Assembly: GCA_035635995.1 (NCBI GenBank)
Contig: DASPZZ010000251.1
Span: forward strand, 1,086 to 65,085
Reading direction: 5' to 3'
DNA from: Candidatus Binatia bacterium
Lineage (GTDB): Bacteria; Methylomirabilota; Methylomirabilia; Rokubacteriales; CSP1-6
Length of the DNA: 64,000 nucleotides
The translations under genes and the position numbers were made by a program. Within the stretch, counting starts at the first letter, position 1. Each line of letters starts with the position of its first letter. Shown here one piece after another: positions 1-13,038 of this stretch. The notes under the pieces were generated by a model that was not told the origin of the DNA, did no database searches, and saw only the letters and a program-made list of their open reading frames with translations.

Positions 1-170
1 TAGTTCTCGAGGCCGGCGAAGCGCGACACGCTGAAGATCGGGATCCGGTGCTGGAGCGAGAGCCAGAGCACCCAGACGCCCGGATAAATCGTGAGGGCGC
101 CCAGCGCCAGGACCGTCGGCGCCACGCACAGAAGCGCCCGCCGCCGGTCGTCGGCCTGGCGGCGGGTCAT
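1..170 (-). CDS. ABC sugar transporter permease, N-terminal part only (gene runs off the left edge)
   Basis: The reverse complement of 1-170 reads MTRRQADDRRRALLCVAPTVLALGALTIYPGVWVLWLSLQHRIPIFSVSRFAGLEN. This is the typical N-terminus and first TM of MalF/UgpA-type permeases. Its ATG (170-168) overlaps the TGA of the upstream binding-protein gene (ATGA). Confidence 0.7.
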   Translation of the reverse strand, partial: MTRRQADDRRRALLCVAPTVLALGALTIYPGVWVLWLSLQHRIPIFSVSRFAGLEN

Positions 171-1456
171 CGGACCGCCCCGAGGAAATAGTCGAGCCGG
201 GCGCGGGCGTCGGCGATGGCTCGCTCGGGCGGCTTCACCCCGACGAGCGCCGCCGAGAACTCCGGCTGGACCGTCGCCGAGAGCAAGAGGTAGTAGGGCG
301 TCACGGGGCGCGGGCGCCCCGCGAGCGCGAGCGCCTCGAGACGCGGCATCGCCGGGTGATCCCGCACGAGCGCCGGATCGCGGTAGAGGGCCTGACGCGT
401 CGGAGAGAGCGCGGCGCCGCGCGCGATCGCCCGCTGCGCGGGCTCGCTCGTGAGGTGTCGCGCCAGGGCCACCGCGAGCTCGGGATGACGACTTCCGAGG
501 GACACACCCAGGTGCGCGCCCCCGGTCGAGCCAACGCCGCGCGCGCCGCGCGCGCGACCGGGCAGCGGCGCGAACGCCACCTTGCCGCGCACCGCCGAGT
601 CTTTCCCCTCGAACAGATCCATGGCGTACGGCCAGTTGCGCAGGAAGATCGCGTGCCCGTCCCCGAACGCCCGCCGGCTCAGCTCCTCGTCGGCGGCGGT
701 CGTCCAGGCCGGGCTCACACCCGTCTCGATCAGGCCGCGGAGGAACCGCAGGGCGTCGGCGGCGCGCGCGGGCTCGGGAAAGACCGCGCCGTCCTCCGCG
801 AGCAGCCTGGCGCCGTTCGCCCAGAACGCTTCCAACACGTTGACGACCAGTCCTTCGTACTGCTTGCCCTGCCAGAGGTAACCGTCGAGCGCCGGATCGC
901 GCTCACCGGCACGGATGCGGCGGACCTGCTCGACGAGCTCCTCGTACGTCTCGGGTGGGCGGAGCCCGTACTTGGCCAGAAGATCGGCGCGGTAGTAGAG
1001 GAGGCCGACGTTGAAGTTCCAGGGCAGCGCCCACACGCGGCCGCCGTACGTCGCCGCGGCCACCGTGCTCGCGAAGAACGGAGCGAGCTCGTCCGGCCGG
1101 AGGTGCGTCGTGAGGTCGAGCAGCCATCCCGCGCGGGCGAACTCGGGTACCCAGATGCAGTCGAGCATCATGACGTCGAACCCGGGGCTGCGACCCTCGA
1201 GGTTGATGACGTAGAACTGGTGCTGATCGTCCGACGTCCACGGCAGCGCCTCGCCCTTGACGCGCACTCCGGGATGCGCCGCTTCGAACGCGCGCAGAAG
1301 CTCCGGCAGCGGGTCGGCGTTCCCGAGGATGCGCGCGTACTTGAACACGAGGGTGACGGGCCCGCGCTCCGGCTGACCCCCGGCGCAGCCGCCGAGCGCC
1401 AGGAGCCCGGCCATCAGCAGGGACCGCAGCGCTCGGTACCCGAGCCCGGGCGTCAC
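167..1456 (-). CDS. ABC transporter extracellular solute-binding protein (family 1, sugar type), probable lipoprotein
   Basis: 429-aa ORF with a signal/lipobox-like LLALGGCAGG. The body looks like MalE/ThuE-type sugar binders (DCIWVPEFARAGWLLDL, ALPWNFNVGLLYYR). The GTG start overlaps the mak stop (GTGA at 1453-1456). Confidence 0.85.
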   Translation of the reverse strand: MTPGLGYRALRSLLMAGLLALGGCAGGQPERGPVTLVFKYARILGNADPLPELLRAFEAAHPGVRVKGEALPWTSDDQHQFYVINLEGRSPGFDVMMLDCIWVPEFARAGWLLDLTTHLRPDELAPFFASTVAAATYGGRVWALPWNFNVGLLYYRADLLAKYGLRPPETYEELVEQVRRIRAGERDPALDGYLWQGKQYEGLVVNVLEAFWANGARLLAEDGAVFPEPARAADALRFLRGLIETGVSPAWTTAADEELSRRAFGDGHAIFLRNWPYAMDLFEGKDSAVRGKVAFAPLPGRARGARGVGSTGGAHLGVSLGSRHPELAVALARHLTSEPAQRAIARGAALSPTRQALYRDPALVRDHPAMPRLEALALAGRPRPVTPYYLLLSATVQPEFSAALVGVKPPERAIADARARLDYFLGAVR

Positions 1457-2953
1457 GTGGCGCGCTCGCGTGCCAGGAGCCGAGCCAGTCCGCGCAATGG
1501 AATGCCGAGCCAGGTCGGCCGGTTGTCCAGCTCGTAGCGGACTTCGTACAGGGCTCGGTCGAGCTCGAAGACCGACAGCGCGCGGGCGAAGCCGGAAGGC
1601 GACGCCGGCAGGAGTCGTGCGGGCGCCCGGGCGATCTCCTCGAGGTATCCCTCGAGGAACGAGGCCGTGGCGCGACGGACCCAGCGCTCACCCCCGAGCG
1701 GCGGTACGCCCGTCGGCCCCAGCGCCGCGTGGACGGCGTAGTCGAGCGAGCGGAGCATGCCGGCCACGTCCACCAGGGCGCACTGCTTGCGCCGCCGCTC
1801 GGCGACGGGTCGGGCGGGCTCGCCCTCGAAGTCGAGAATGACGAAGCCCGTGTCGATGCGGAGCGTCTGGCCGAGGTGATAGTCGCCGTGGATGCGGATC
1901 TTCGCGCACTGCTCGGCGCCGAGAGCCCCGAGGTCGCGCGTACGCGCCACCAGCGCTCGCTCGCTGGCGAGCAGTGCCCGCGCGTCGCCCTCGAGCTCGC
2001 GCGGGAGCGCGGCCAGGCGGGAGCGGACGACGCCGCACGTGCGGCGGACGTCCTCCGCGACGCGCTCACCCCACGCCGCCGCGTCCCCCGGCGTGAGCGG
2101 CTCGGGCGCGAACGCGGCATCACGCGCGTCGGAGGCGAGCGCGCCGTGCAGGGCGGCCGTCACGACACCCAGACGGGAGAGCTCGTGGAAGACGTGCTCG
2201 GACGGCTCGTCGCTCTGCGCCGGCTCGAGCTGCCCGAGCTGACCGACGACCCAGCTCCATCCGTCGCCGTGGCTCGGGACGTATCGCTGGAGCGTCCCCA
2301 GCGTCGTCACCTCGCCGGCCGCCGGGACGTATTCGATCGCTCCCGCCAGCGGCGGCACGTGCGGGAACCGGGCGCGGAAGGTCAGGAAGGCGCCGACTTC
2401 GTAGTCGAGGGTGGGCCCGGGCTCGACCCGTCTCAGGCCCTTCACGACGAGGAGGTCCCCGTAGACCACGCAGGTGTTGGACTGCTCGCCGGTCAGCCGG
2501 CGCGGAGTGATCGAGGCCGCGCGCGCGAGCCGCGGAAAGCGCTCGGTGCGGGCGAAACGGACCGTCCCGCCGTGGACGGTCGGCAGGGTCGCCTCCCGCT
2601 CGCACGCGGTCAGGAGCTCGAGGCAAAAGCCCGGATCGTCGAAGGCGTCGCCCGCTCGCGCGGGCGTCCCATCGAGGTCGAGCGTCAGCGACAGCGCGCC
2701 CGGCGCTCCCCCGTCGCCGCCGAGGACGAGCGGGACCGCGTACGTCTCGTCCGGTCCCTGGGCGAACGTCACGTCGACGAGGGTGAGCCACGCGCGATCC
2801 CCGAGCGCGCCGCAGTCCCGCAGACGGGCGCCCGTGATCGCGCGCCCTTTGGCGCCGAACCACCGCTGCCGCGGGAGCGCCGGCGGCAGCTCGCCCGCGA
2901 CCGCCCGCTCGAGCGCGGCGGCGATCCGGGCGGGATCCCCGCGGCGCTCCCCG

Positions 2954-2979
<26 letters not shown>
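1453..2979 (-). CDS. mak: maltokinase (maltose-1-phosphate forming, Mak/Pep2)
   Basis: 508-aa ORF with the N-terminal cap motif [11 protein letters not shown] and a kinase core ([19 protein letters not shown]). It sits directly downstream of treS, as in GlgE-pathway loci. The first codon is TTG at 2979, 26 nt inside treS. Confidence 0.85.
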
Positions 2980-4635
<1,656 letters not shown>

Positions 4636-4639
<4 letters not shown>

Positions 4640-5895
4640 CGCCAGCGGTCCACCAGGTAGTGCTTCTCGCGCTCGAACGCGCCGGCCACCGCCGCGAGCG
4701 CGCCCTCGACCGCCGCCGCGTCGCGCCGGCGCGTCGCCAGCACGAAGGCCGCGGTGCGACCCAGATAGAGCGGGACGAGCGAGCGCAGCAGGTGGTCGCG
4801 GTACACGACGTTGTAGTGATGGCCCAGCGCGAAGTCGTAGACCACCCGCGCCCAGAGCTCGTCCGGGAAGTGGAACCGCTCGAAGTCGTCCGGCTCGAGG
4901 CTCAGCACGTCGCCCAGCGTCTCGGGCGCCAGGACGTGCTCCCAGATCGTGCCGAGGTCGCGCAGGCCCCGGCCGAAGGCGCCCACCATGCGCTCGACGT
5001 CGATCTGCACGGGCTCGTCCGACGGAGGCACCGGCGGGCCCTCCGCCGGCACCGGGACCCCGGCCGCCGTGTCCAGCCACAGGTCCTCGTAGTCGTCCAT
5101 CACCGCGAAGACAGCCCCCAGCGTCTGCGCGACCATCGTGGGCAGATCGGCGGTGCGCGTGCTCGACTCGACCCGCCATCGGCCGAGCCGCGCCTCGTGG
5201 ACCGCGAAGCCGTCCGCGATGACGGTGCCTTCGATCCACAGATCGGCCATGCTCCGCCCCGGCACCGGCCACCGCGGGTCGGCCATCAGGCGCTCGAGGG
5301 TTCGCGCCGAGAACGCCCGCGCGCCCGCGAGGGGCTGATGCAGCCGCCGGCCGTACAGCGCGCCGACGAGCGGGGCCAGCACGAGGTTCGTGATCGTGCC
5401 GTCGTACCGGTGGCGCGCATGCACGGGCAGCACGAGGTCGGCGCCCTGATCGAGCACGGGACGAACGAGGCGCTCGAGCCATTCGTCGCTGATCGACGTG
5501 ACGTCGGCCTCCAGCACGACGAGCGCGCGGGCACCGAGCCGGCGCGCGACCCCGATCGCCAGCCGGAGCGCGGCGCCGCGGCCGGGCACCCCGTGGAAGG
5601 GCACCGCGCCGAGCTGCGCCGCCGGCGCCTCGTGGAGCGCGCGGACCAGCGGCAGGCCGCCGTCGGCGAGCCGCTCCGCGGTGGCGTCCGACGAGCCGGC
5701 GTCGGCGTTGACCAGGACGGCCGTCATGCCGGTGAAGTGCTTCTCGAGGCCGCTGCGGACGGCATCCACCACCGCGGGCACCGTGGCGGCGTTGTTGTAG
5801 GTCAGCACGCTCACCGCCAGCTCCGCGGGCGGCAGGCCGTCGAGCTGCCGCTCGACGTCGGGTGGGAGCGCCGGGCCGGCCGCGACGGAGCTCAT
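4636..5895 (-). CDS. GT-A fold (family 2-like) glycosyltransferase with a C-terminal domain of unknown function, TreT-associated
   Basis: 419 aa from ATG 5895. The N-terminal half has the GT2-type pattern [19 protein letters not shown]...[13 protein letters not shown]...VVLEADV. The C-terminal ~190 aa have no motif I recognise. ATGA overlaps occur at both ends (5892-5895, 4636-4639). Confidence 0.75.
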
Positions 5896-7082
5896 CGGGT
5901 CAGGTGGATCACGAGCGCCAGGTCGTCCACGAGCTCGCGCGTGACCAGGAAGGAGCGCCGCACGTGCTCGCGTCCCGCGGCGCCCATGCGCGGGATCAGC
6001 TCCGGGTTGTTGAGGAGGTGGCGGATCCGGAAGGCGGCGCCTTCCACGGAGTGGACGGTGTACCCGGTCACGTTCGGGAGGATCTGCTGCGCGAGCCCGC
6101 CCGCGTAGCCGCCGACGACGGGCTTGCCCTTCCACATCGCCTCCGCCGGGCCGAGGTCGAACCCGGCGCGCACCGACTTCTGCAGCACGATCGTGGCGGC
6201 GCGCTGGAGCGCGTTGACCTGACGGTGCGCCTCGGCCGGGAGCTCGAGCACGACCACGTCGGGGTCCTCGTGGGCGACCTCCTGGAGCTGGGACAGGAGC
6301 TCGAGCCGCTCCGGCTCGCCGTCGGCCGTTCCCGCCAGCACCAGCCGCACGTCGTGGTGCTTCTTGACGAGCCGATACGCGTTCACGACCCCCAGCGGGT
6401 CGTGCGCGCGCGCGAACGGGCCGACCTGTACGAGCAAGGGCTTGTCGCGAGCGACGCCGAGCGCCCCGAGGATCTCCGCGACTTCGCGCGGCGTGAGATC
6501 GCGGTTCCGCTCCGAGAGCGGGTCGATCGACGGGGGCACGACGTACATCGGGATCCCGAGCCGGCCCTCGAACCCCGGCAGCTCGAACACCGCGGCGTCG
6601 TACTGGTCGGCGAACCGCCGAAAGAAGGCCCACGGTCCGGCCTGCGCCGACGAGCAGTCGAAGTGACACCGCCAGACCCACCGCCCGGCGGTCCGGGCGC
6701 TCACGAGGCTGGCCGGCTGGCTGTCGTGCACGAGGGTCAGGTCCGCGTCCAGGTCGAGCTTCTTCGCGTTGAGCCCGTTCATGTCGACCCAGCGCGCGAG
6801 CCCCTCCTCGCTGAGCACGCGCTCGGCGCCCTCCAGCGTGGCCTGCAGCGTGCGCGCGGTCGCGTAGTACGCGGAATCGCCGCCGGTGATCTCCCAGCGC
6901 GCGTCGATGCCCAGCTCGCTCAGGATCGGCACTTCGGCGCGCAGGGTCTCGGCCGCGCCGCCGCCGAGGCGTCCACCCGTCACGTGCAGGAACCGCCGTC
7001 CCTTCACCTGCTCGGCGAGCTTCAGGATGAAGTCCACCGCGCCCGGGCTGGCGACCCGTCGGTAGTCGTCGATCCGGCTCAT
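5892..7082 (-). CDS. treT: trehalose glycosyltransferring synthase (TreT-type, GT4)
   Basis: 396 aa from ATG 7082. It is collinear with characterised TreT enzymes: [81 protein letters not shown]. Confidence 0.88.
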   Translation of the reverse strand: MSRIDDYRRVASPGAVDFILKLAEQVKGRRFLHVTGGRLGGGAAETLRAEVPILSELGIDARWEITGGDSAYYATARTLQATLEGAERVLSEEGLARWVDMNGLNAKKLDLDADLTLVHDSQPASLVSARTAGRWVWRCHFDCSSAQAGPWAFFRRFADQYDAAVFELPGFEGRLGIPMYVVPPSIDPLSERNRDLTPREVAEILGALGVARDKPLLVQVGPFARAHDPLGVVNAYRLVKKHHDVRLVLAGTADGEPERLELLSQLQEVAHEDPDVVVLELPAEAHRQVNALQRAATIVLQKSVRAGFDLGPAEAMWKGKPVVGGYAGGLAQQILPNVTGYTVHSVEGAAFRIRHLLNNPELIPRMGAAGREHVRRSFLVTRELVDDLALVIHLTR

Positions 7083-7741
7083 CCGCGCGCCTCGTCGAGC
7101 GTCGCGTCGACGAGCCCGAGCAGGCGCGCGCGGATCCGCTCGAGCGTCGTCAGGTACGGATCGATCCGCTCGAACCGCTCGGCCAGCGCGGGCAGCCCGA
7201 GCGCGTCCCGCAGCCACTCGGCGAAGGCCTCGGCGCGGCGCTCGCGGGCCCGCGTCTCGACCGTGTGCAGGTAGATCGCGCTCTCGTCCACGCTCGCGAG
7301 GCCGGCGCGGAACTCGACCAGGGTCGAGGCGGCGAGCCCGAGCGGGACCTCGACGACGTGCGACTGCTGGAAGTGAAACCCGCGGTCGAACTCGACGCGG
7401 CTGTCGGCTTCGCGGCCCCGGAGATGATCCTGGACGATCGTCACCAGATGCTCGCGCAGCGCCTCGAGGGTCGGGAACGCGAACGGGTCGACGACGGCGA
7501 GGCGCTCGGCGAGGGCGCGATCGCCGATCTCGAGGGCGGCCCACCGCGCGAAGTCGTTGCCGTAGGCGGTGGTGAAGGACCGGTGCCGGAGGAAGTAGCC
7601 GAACGTGTGGAAGAAGATCGAGTCGGCCGGCACCTCCGCGAGCCGGTGCATCAGCTCGCGCTCGTCCAGCGCGTGCACGTCGAGCGTCTGGCGCAGCTCG
7701 ACGCAGCCGGAGAACGTGAACGGCTTCTCCGCCCGGCGCAT
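7079..7741 (-). CDS. conserved hypothetical protein, TreT-associated (from memory resembles the DUF5752 family; unverified)
   Basis: 220 aa from ATG 7741 (MRRAEKPFTFSGCVELRQTLDVHALDERELMHRL...). It has coding-like composition and is locked into the operon by overlaps at both ends (TGATG at 7739-7743, ATGA at 7079-7082). Confidence 0.65.
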   Translation of the reverse strand: MRRAEKPFTFSGCVELRQTLDVHALDERELMHRLAEVPADSIFFHTFGYFLRHRSFTTAYGNDFARWAALEIGDRALAERLAVVDPFAFPTLEALREHLVTIVQDHLRGREADSRVEFDRGFHFQQSHVVEVPLGLAASTLVEFRAGLASVDESAIYLHTVETRARERRAEAFAEWLRDALGLPALAERFERIDPYLTTLERIRARLLGLVDATLDEARG

Positions 7742-8148
7742 CAGTCCTCCCGCACCAGGAGCGCCACGGGGAAGCTGGCGCGGGCGTTGCGATTGCCCGA
7801 GATGCCCATGTGATTCGGCACCACGTCGATGATCACGCCCATCTGCCGGGCACGCAGCTCGGCGACGAGCGCGCGGTAGTCCGGTTCGTTTCCGAGCGCC
7901 GGATTGAAGCGGTTGTGGTCGGCGATGTCGTCGTCGTGCGATCCGGAGGAGCTCGGCTCGAAGAACGGCGACAGATAGTAGTCCGTGATGCCCAGGGTGT
8001 CGAGGTAGGGAGCGGCATCGCGCGCGTCCCTGAAGGTGAAGCTGCAGTCCAGCTGCAGACGGTAGGTCGCCACCGGCACCCGCCGGAGGGCCCGGGGCTC
8101 GCGCTCGAGGAGCTGGAAGATTTGCTCGGGAGCCATCATTGCCGTCAC
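7741..8148 (-). CDS. truncated malto-oligosyltrehalose synthase (TreY) N-terminal fragment, 135 aa
   Basis: It matches the first ~120 aa of the TreY/GH13 N-terminus: ATYRLQL..FTF.DA...PYL..LGI...YLSP, then NPALG, then IIDVVPNHMG. It stops after 135 aa, whereas full TreY is 700-950 aa. The canonical GS.HGYD is HDDD here. Confidence 0.6.
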   Translation of the reverse strand: MTAMMAPEQIFQLLEREPRALRRVPVATYRLQLDCSFTFRDARDAAPYLDTLGITDYYLSPFFEPSSSGSHDDDIADHNRFNPALGNEPDYRALVAELRARQMGVIIDVVPNHMGISGNRNARASFPVALLVRED

Positions 8149-8279
8149 TCACTCAGATAGTACGCCGTGAACCACCCGGCGACACGACCGCCCGAGCACG
8201 CCGGTCCGCGCGTGCGGCACCTCGACGCGAGCCCAGCCGTCGGCGTCCCGCTCGGTGGGGATGGGCCGGCCGTCGTCGC

Positions 8280-9047
8280 TCAGCCGACTTTGCGCACGAG
8301 CCATCTCAGCAGGCCGTGCAGCTGCGCGACGCCGTCCACTCCGTATTCCGCGGCGCCGCGGCGGGGCCCGACCCGCACCGTCACGCCATGATCTCGGAGC
8401 GCTTCGAATGCCGCCTCGTCCGTGGCGTCGTCGCCCGCGTAGAGGACGACCGTGCGCCCCGGCGGGAGAGTTTGTCGTTCGTGGCGCTCGATCATACGGA
8501 CCGCTTCCCCTTTGCTCCAGCCGACTCGCGGGATGAAATCGAACACCTTGCGGCCGCCGATGAGCGTGAGATCGGGCGCGCCGCGGGCGACGTGGGCGAC
8601 CAGCCGATCGACGTCCCCGCGGCGCGAGGCCGCCACGTGCCGATAGTGCACGCTCACGCAGAGCCGCTTGAACTCGACGTGGGCGCCCGGGATCGCGGCC
8701 GCGCCCACTCTGAGCGCCCGTCCGACCGCCGCGATGCGGATCGGGCGCACTCGCGGATGCCGGAAGCGAAGACCGCATCCCTCGATCTCGAGCCCGTGGC
8801 AGCCGCCGTAGACGACGGATGCGAGGCCGACCCGGCGCCGCACGTCCGCCAGCGCGCGGCCCGACAGGATCGCGAGCCGTGCCCGGTCGCTGCGCGCGAG
8901 TCGCGAGAGCGTCGCGCGGACCGATGGCGCCAGGACCGCCGCGTCTGGCGACGAGGCGATCGGCGCCAGGGTCCCATCGAAGTCGAGGATCGCCATCAGG
9001 CGGGCGTCGGTGCCCAGCTCCTCGTCGAGACGGCCCAGAAGGCGCAC
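8280..9047 (-). CDS. otsB: trehalose-6-phosphate phosphatase (HAD superfamily)
   Basis: HAD motif I ILDFDGTL, later YAGDDATDE. This is only the C-terminal part of the 720-aa track ORF. I chose the GTG start at 9047; an ATG at 8996 is the alternative. It lies just downstream of otsA. Confidence 0.8.
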   Translation of the reverse strand: MRLLGRLDEELGTDARLMAILDFDGTLAPIASSPDAAVLAPSVRATLSRLARSDRARLAILSGRALADVRRRVGLASVVYGGCHGLEIEGCGLRFRHPRVRPIRIAAVGRALRVGAAAIPGAHVEFKRLCVSVHYRHVAASRRGDVDRLVAHVARGAPDLTLIGGRKVFDFIPRVGWSKGEAVRMIERHERQTLPPGRTVVLYAGDDATDEAAFEALRDHGVTVRVGPRRGAAEYGVDGVAQLHGLLRWLVRKVG

Positions 9048-9055
9048 CGGGAGAC

Positions 9056-11293
9056 TCAGGACGCCTTGGCGCCCGCGGTTTCGACGGGAATCCGCGCCAG
9101 CTCGCTCAGCAAGAGCCCGGCCCACCGGTAGATGTTGTGGTCGATGACGGAGTGGCGCATCCGGATCATCCGCCCGCGCCGATCCTCGGGCGACATCTCG
9201 AGCGCCGTGCGGATCGACTCGGCCATGCCCGCGAGGTCGTAGGGGTTCACGATCAACGCGTCGAGGAGCTCGTGTGAGGCCCCGGCGAACTGGCTCAGGA
9301 TGAGCACGCCGTCCTCGTCGTCGCGCACCGAGACGAACTCCTTGGCCACGAGGTTCATGCCGTCGTGGAGCGAGGTCACCATGCAGAAGTCCGCGTGCCG
9401 GTAGTACGCCCAGATGTCGCGGTGCTCGTGGTGGGCCTTGAGGTAGAGGATGGGCCGCCAGGACTTCGTCTGGAACGCCTGGTTCAGCTCCCGGACCCGC
9501 TCCTCGACCTCGCGCTGGATCTCCTGATAGCGATCGATCGTGCCGCGGCTGGGCGCGGCGAGCTGCACGAAGACGAGACGCTCGCGGTATTCGGGGTAGG
9601 TCTCGAAGAAGAAGCGCAGCGCCCGGATCCGCTCGGGCAGGCCCTTGGTGTAGTCGATCCGCTCGACGCCGACCCCGATGAACTCGGCCGAGATGCCCAG
9701 CCGGCGCAGCAGCTCCGCGCGGGAGACGCGCGGCGGATCGTCCACGAACTCGGGCGCGACGCTGATCGGGAACGGCTTGACGGACGTCGTGTGGTCGCCA
9801 CGCGTCACCGCGAAGCGCTCCCAGTCGGTGCGCGCCTCGAGCGCCCGGTCGACCGTTTCCAGAAAGTTGTTGCAGTAGTACTGGGTGTGGAAGCCGATCA
9901 GGTCGGCGCCGAGCATGCCGAGCAGCAGCTCCCGCTGCCAGGGGCAGATCCCGAAGGCCTCGAAGTTCGGCCACGGGATGTGCCAGAAGATGGCCACGCG
10001 CGCGTCGGGACGCTCCGCTTTGATGAGCGCCGACAACGGGGCGAAGTGGTAGTCCTGGATGAGGACGAGCGGCGACTCGGCGTCCTTGATCTGGTCCAGC
10101 ACCGTGTCGGCGAACTTCTGGTTCACCTCGAGGTAGTACGACCAGTCGTCGGGCCGGAACACCGGGCGCGTGTGCACGATGTGGCAGAGCGGCCAGAGCC
10201 CCTCGTTGGAGAAGCCGGAGTAGTACCCCTGCTCCTCCTCCTTCGAGAGCCACACCCGCCGCAGCGTGTAGCGCGGATCGTCCGCCGGCACGCCGAGCCG
10301 GCCGCGCCCGTCCGCGGTCTCCCGGTCGGCGTCGCCGCTGGCGTGCGCGACCCAGACGCCCCCGCACGCGCGCATCACCGGATCCATCGCCGTCACGAGA
10401 CCGCTGGCCGGGGCCTGGGCGTGCACCTGGCCGCCCCGCCACACGTGGCTCACCGGCTCGCGGTTGGACACGACGACCAGCAGCCGGCCGTTGAGCTGCA
10501 TGTGGATGTACTGCTTGAGGCGCTCCTCGGTCCAGACGCTCTCGCCCGCCAGGCGCAGCGCGGCTTCCTGCTCAGCGGCGGCCTGGGCCCGCTGCATGCT
10601 GCGCGCCAGGCGCGAGACCTCGAGCGCGAGCGGGCCGAACATATTGGCGTCGACGACGTTGCGCGGCGGCGGGACCGGGCGGCCGCTCCTGAGCGCGCGT
10701 GTCCACTCGGAGATCTCCTCCATCGGCCGGGTGATGCTGACTTTCACCACCAGCGCCGCGATGACCGAGATGACCAGGGCCAGCACGAGGAACCGCACGG
10801 CGTTGTAGCTCCAGCGGTCCCATTCCACCCGCTCCAGGTGCGAAGCGTCCTGGAGCACGGCGATCGCGCCCGTGACCTGGTCGTCGGCGAGGAGCGGCGT
10901 GACGTAAATGTAGCGGGTGCGGTCGCCGACGATCCTGAACCCCTGGGTCGCGACGTTTCGGGAGATCGCGTCGGTCACCTCGGGCAAGGACGGCGGCAAG
11001 CCCGACGCGATGTCGGGGGTGGCGACTCGCAGCGTGGCGAAGCGGTCGTAGACGGCGATCCCGCGCTGCGTCTGCCCGAACTTCTTGACGATCCGCTCGA
11101 TGGCCGCGGGCGATTGCTTGCTGCCCCCCGCCTCGATCGCGTCGCTCAGCCCTTCGGCGACCAGCACCGCCCGCCGCTGCAGATCGCCGACGAGACGCGC
11201 CCGCTCCTCGCGGATCTGCATGTACGCGAAGACCCCGATGACCAGCATCACCGAGAGCCAGATCGCGCTGACGAGACGCAGAGTGAATTTCAT
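9056..11293 (-). CDS. otsA: trehalose-6-phosphate synthase (GT20) fused to an N-terminal two-TM sensor plus HAMP-like module
   Basis: 745 aa. From about aa 270 on it has GT20 hallmarks: [56 protein letters not shown]. Residues 1-269 comprise TM1 (aa 5-24), a ~140-aa extracytoplasmic segment, TM2 (aa 164-185), and a HAMP-like stretch ([13 protein letters not shown]...[19 protein letters not shown]). Confidence 0.9.
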   Translation of the reverse strand: MKFTLRLVSAIWLSVMLVIGVFAYMQIREERARLVGDLQRRAVLVAEGLSDAIEAGGSKQSPAAIERIVKKFGQTQRGIAVYDRFATLRVATPDIASGLPPSLPEVTDAISRNVATQGFRIVGDRTRYIYVTPLLADDQVTGAIAVLQDASHLERVEWDRWSYNAVRFLVLALVISVIAALVVKVSITRPMEEISEWTRALRSGRPVPPPRNVVDANMFGPLALEVSRLARSMQRAQAAAEQEAALRLAGESVWTEERLKQYIHMQLNGRLLVVVSNREPVSHVWRGGQVHAQAPASGLVTAMDPVMRACGGVWVAHASGDADRETADGRGRLGVPADDPRYTLRRVWLSKEEEQGYYSGFSNEGLWPLCHIVHTRPVFRPDDWSYYLEVNQKFADTVLDQIKDAESPLVLIQDYHFAPLSALIKAERPDARVAIFWHIPWPNFEAFGICPWQRELLLGMLGADLIGFHTQYYCNNFLETVDRALEARTDWERFAVTRGDHTTSVKPFPISVAPEFVDDPPRVSRAELLRRLGISAEFIGVGVERIDYTKGLPERIRALRFFFETYPEYRERLVFVQLAAPSRGTIDRYQEIQREVEERVRELNQAFQTKSWRPILYLKAHHEHRDIWAYYRHADFCMVTSLHDGMNLVAKEFVSVRDDEDGVLILSQFAGASHELLDALIVNPYDLAGMAESIRTALEMSPEDRRGRMIRMRHSVIDHNIYRWAGLLLSELARIPVETAGAKAS

Positions 11294-11399
11294 GCGCGCT
11301 CGACCATGCGTTCGACCGTGCTCGGCATGACGATTGTCCCAGTGTACCGTATGCCCGTCGCCCCCGCAGGCAGCGCCTGGCCGGCGGCGCGCGGGCGGC

Positions 11400-12538
11400 C
11401 TACAGCCGGTGGATCGGGAAGATGGTCCGGCGGATCGCCTCGACCTGGTGCTGGGCGTACTCCTGCGCGCGCAGGCGCCGGTGGTCGGGGAGCGGCTCGG
11501 CCGGGTCCCAGAGCGAAGCGGTCAGGAACTCGTAGCGCCGCGCATCGGCGGTGAACGACGCCGGGAGCGTGGCGGGCAGCTCGACGCCGTTCAGCACGGC
11601 CCATGCGGCGGTCCACGCGCGCGCGACGTTCGGCAGATCGTAGCCGCCGCCGCCCAGGCACACGAGCTTGGGCGAGAGCTCCGCGATGCGGGCCACCGCG
11701 CGCGCGAAGCCCTGGACGTCGAGCGCCAGATGGGTCAATGGGTCGGTGCGGTGCGAGTCGATGCCGAGCTGCGCGACGACGACGTCTGGCCTGAACGCTC
11801 CGAAGAGCGGCGGGACGATCTTCTCGAACGCGGGCAGGTAGACCGACGAGTCGGTGAACGGCTCGAGGGGAAGGTTGACCGAGTAGCCGACGCCGGCACC
11901 CGTCCCCGCCTCGTCGACGAAGCCGGTGCCCGGGAAGAGATAGTCACCGCGCTCGTGGGTCGAGATCGTCAGGACGGCCGGATCGCCGTAGAACGCGTGC
12001 TGCACGCCGTCGCCGTGGTGCGCGTCGATGTCGACGTAGAGCACGCGGAGCCCTCGCTCACGGAGCCGCAGGATGGCCAGCACGGCGTCGTTGACGTAGC
12101 AGAAGCCGGATGCCCGCGAGGGCATCGCGTGGTGCAGCCCTCCGGCGAAGTGGAAGACGCGATCCGCCTGGCCGCTCAGTATGAGGTCGGCGGCCAGGAG
12201 CGAGCCGGCGGCGCAGAGGCGGGCGGCGTCCCAGAGCCCGGGGAACACGGGGTTGTCGCCCGGTCCGAGACCGAAGCGCTCGGCGAGCTTCGGCGCCTGG
12301 CCGCCGTTCGCGGCCTTGAGCGCCTGGAGGTACTCGGCCCCGTGGTAGACCGCGAGCGCGCTCTCGGGCGCGGCCTCGGGCGCGCGCACGGTGGCGCCCG
12401 GCAGCGTCGTGAGGCCGTAGGCCTGCATGAGGCGCCACGTGAGCCCGAGGCGCTCCATCCGCAGCGGATGCTGCGGCCCGTAGTCGAAGCGCGTCCACGC
12501 CTCGGAATGGATCAGCGCCGTGTTTATTGTAGCTGCGC

Positions 12539-12554
<16 letters not shown>
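11400..12554 (-). CDS. histone deacetylase-family protein (AcuC / acetoin utilisation-type deacetylase)
   Basis: 384 aa with the Zn-deacetylase core GGLHHAMPSRASGFCYVNDAV and YVDIDAHHGDGVQ. Confidence 0.88.
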
Positions 12555-12973
<419 letters not shown>

Positions 12974-13038
12974 GCGGGCATCGCCCTTCGGCGAGAGGTG
13001 CGAGAGACCGCGAAATGACCTTGACGGCCGAGCGTTCG

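Noticed and set aside
8185-8215. Short GCACGC...GCGTGC stem between otsB and the treY remnant, considered as a terminator
   Set aside because: It has only a 6-bp stem and no U tract, which is not distinguishable from chance in GC-rich DNA.
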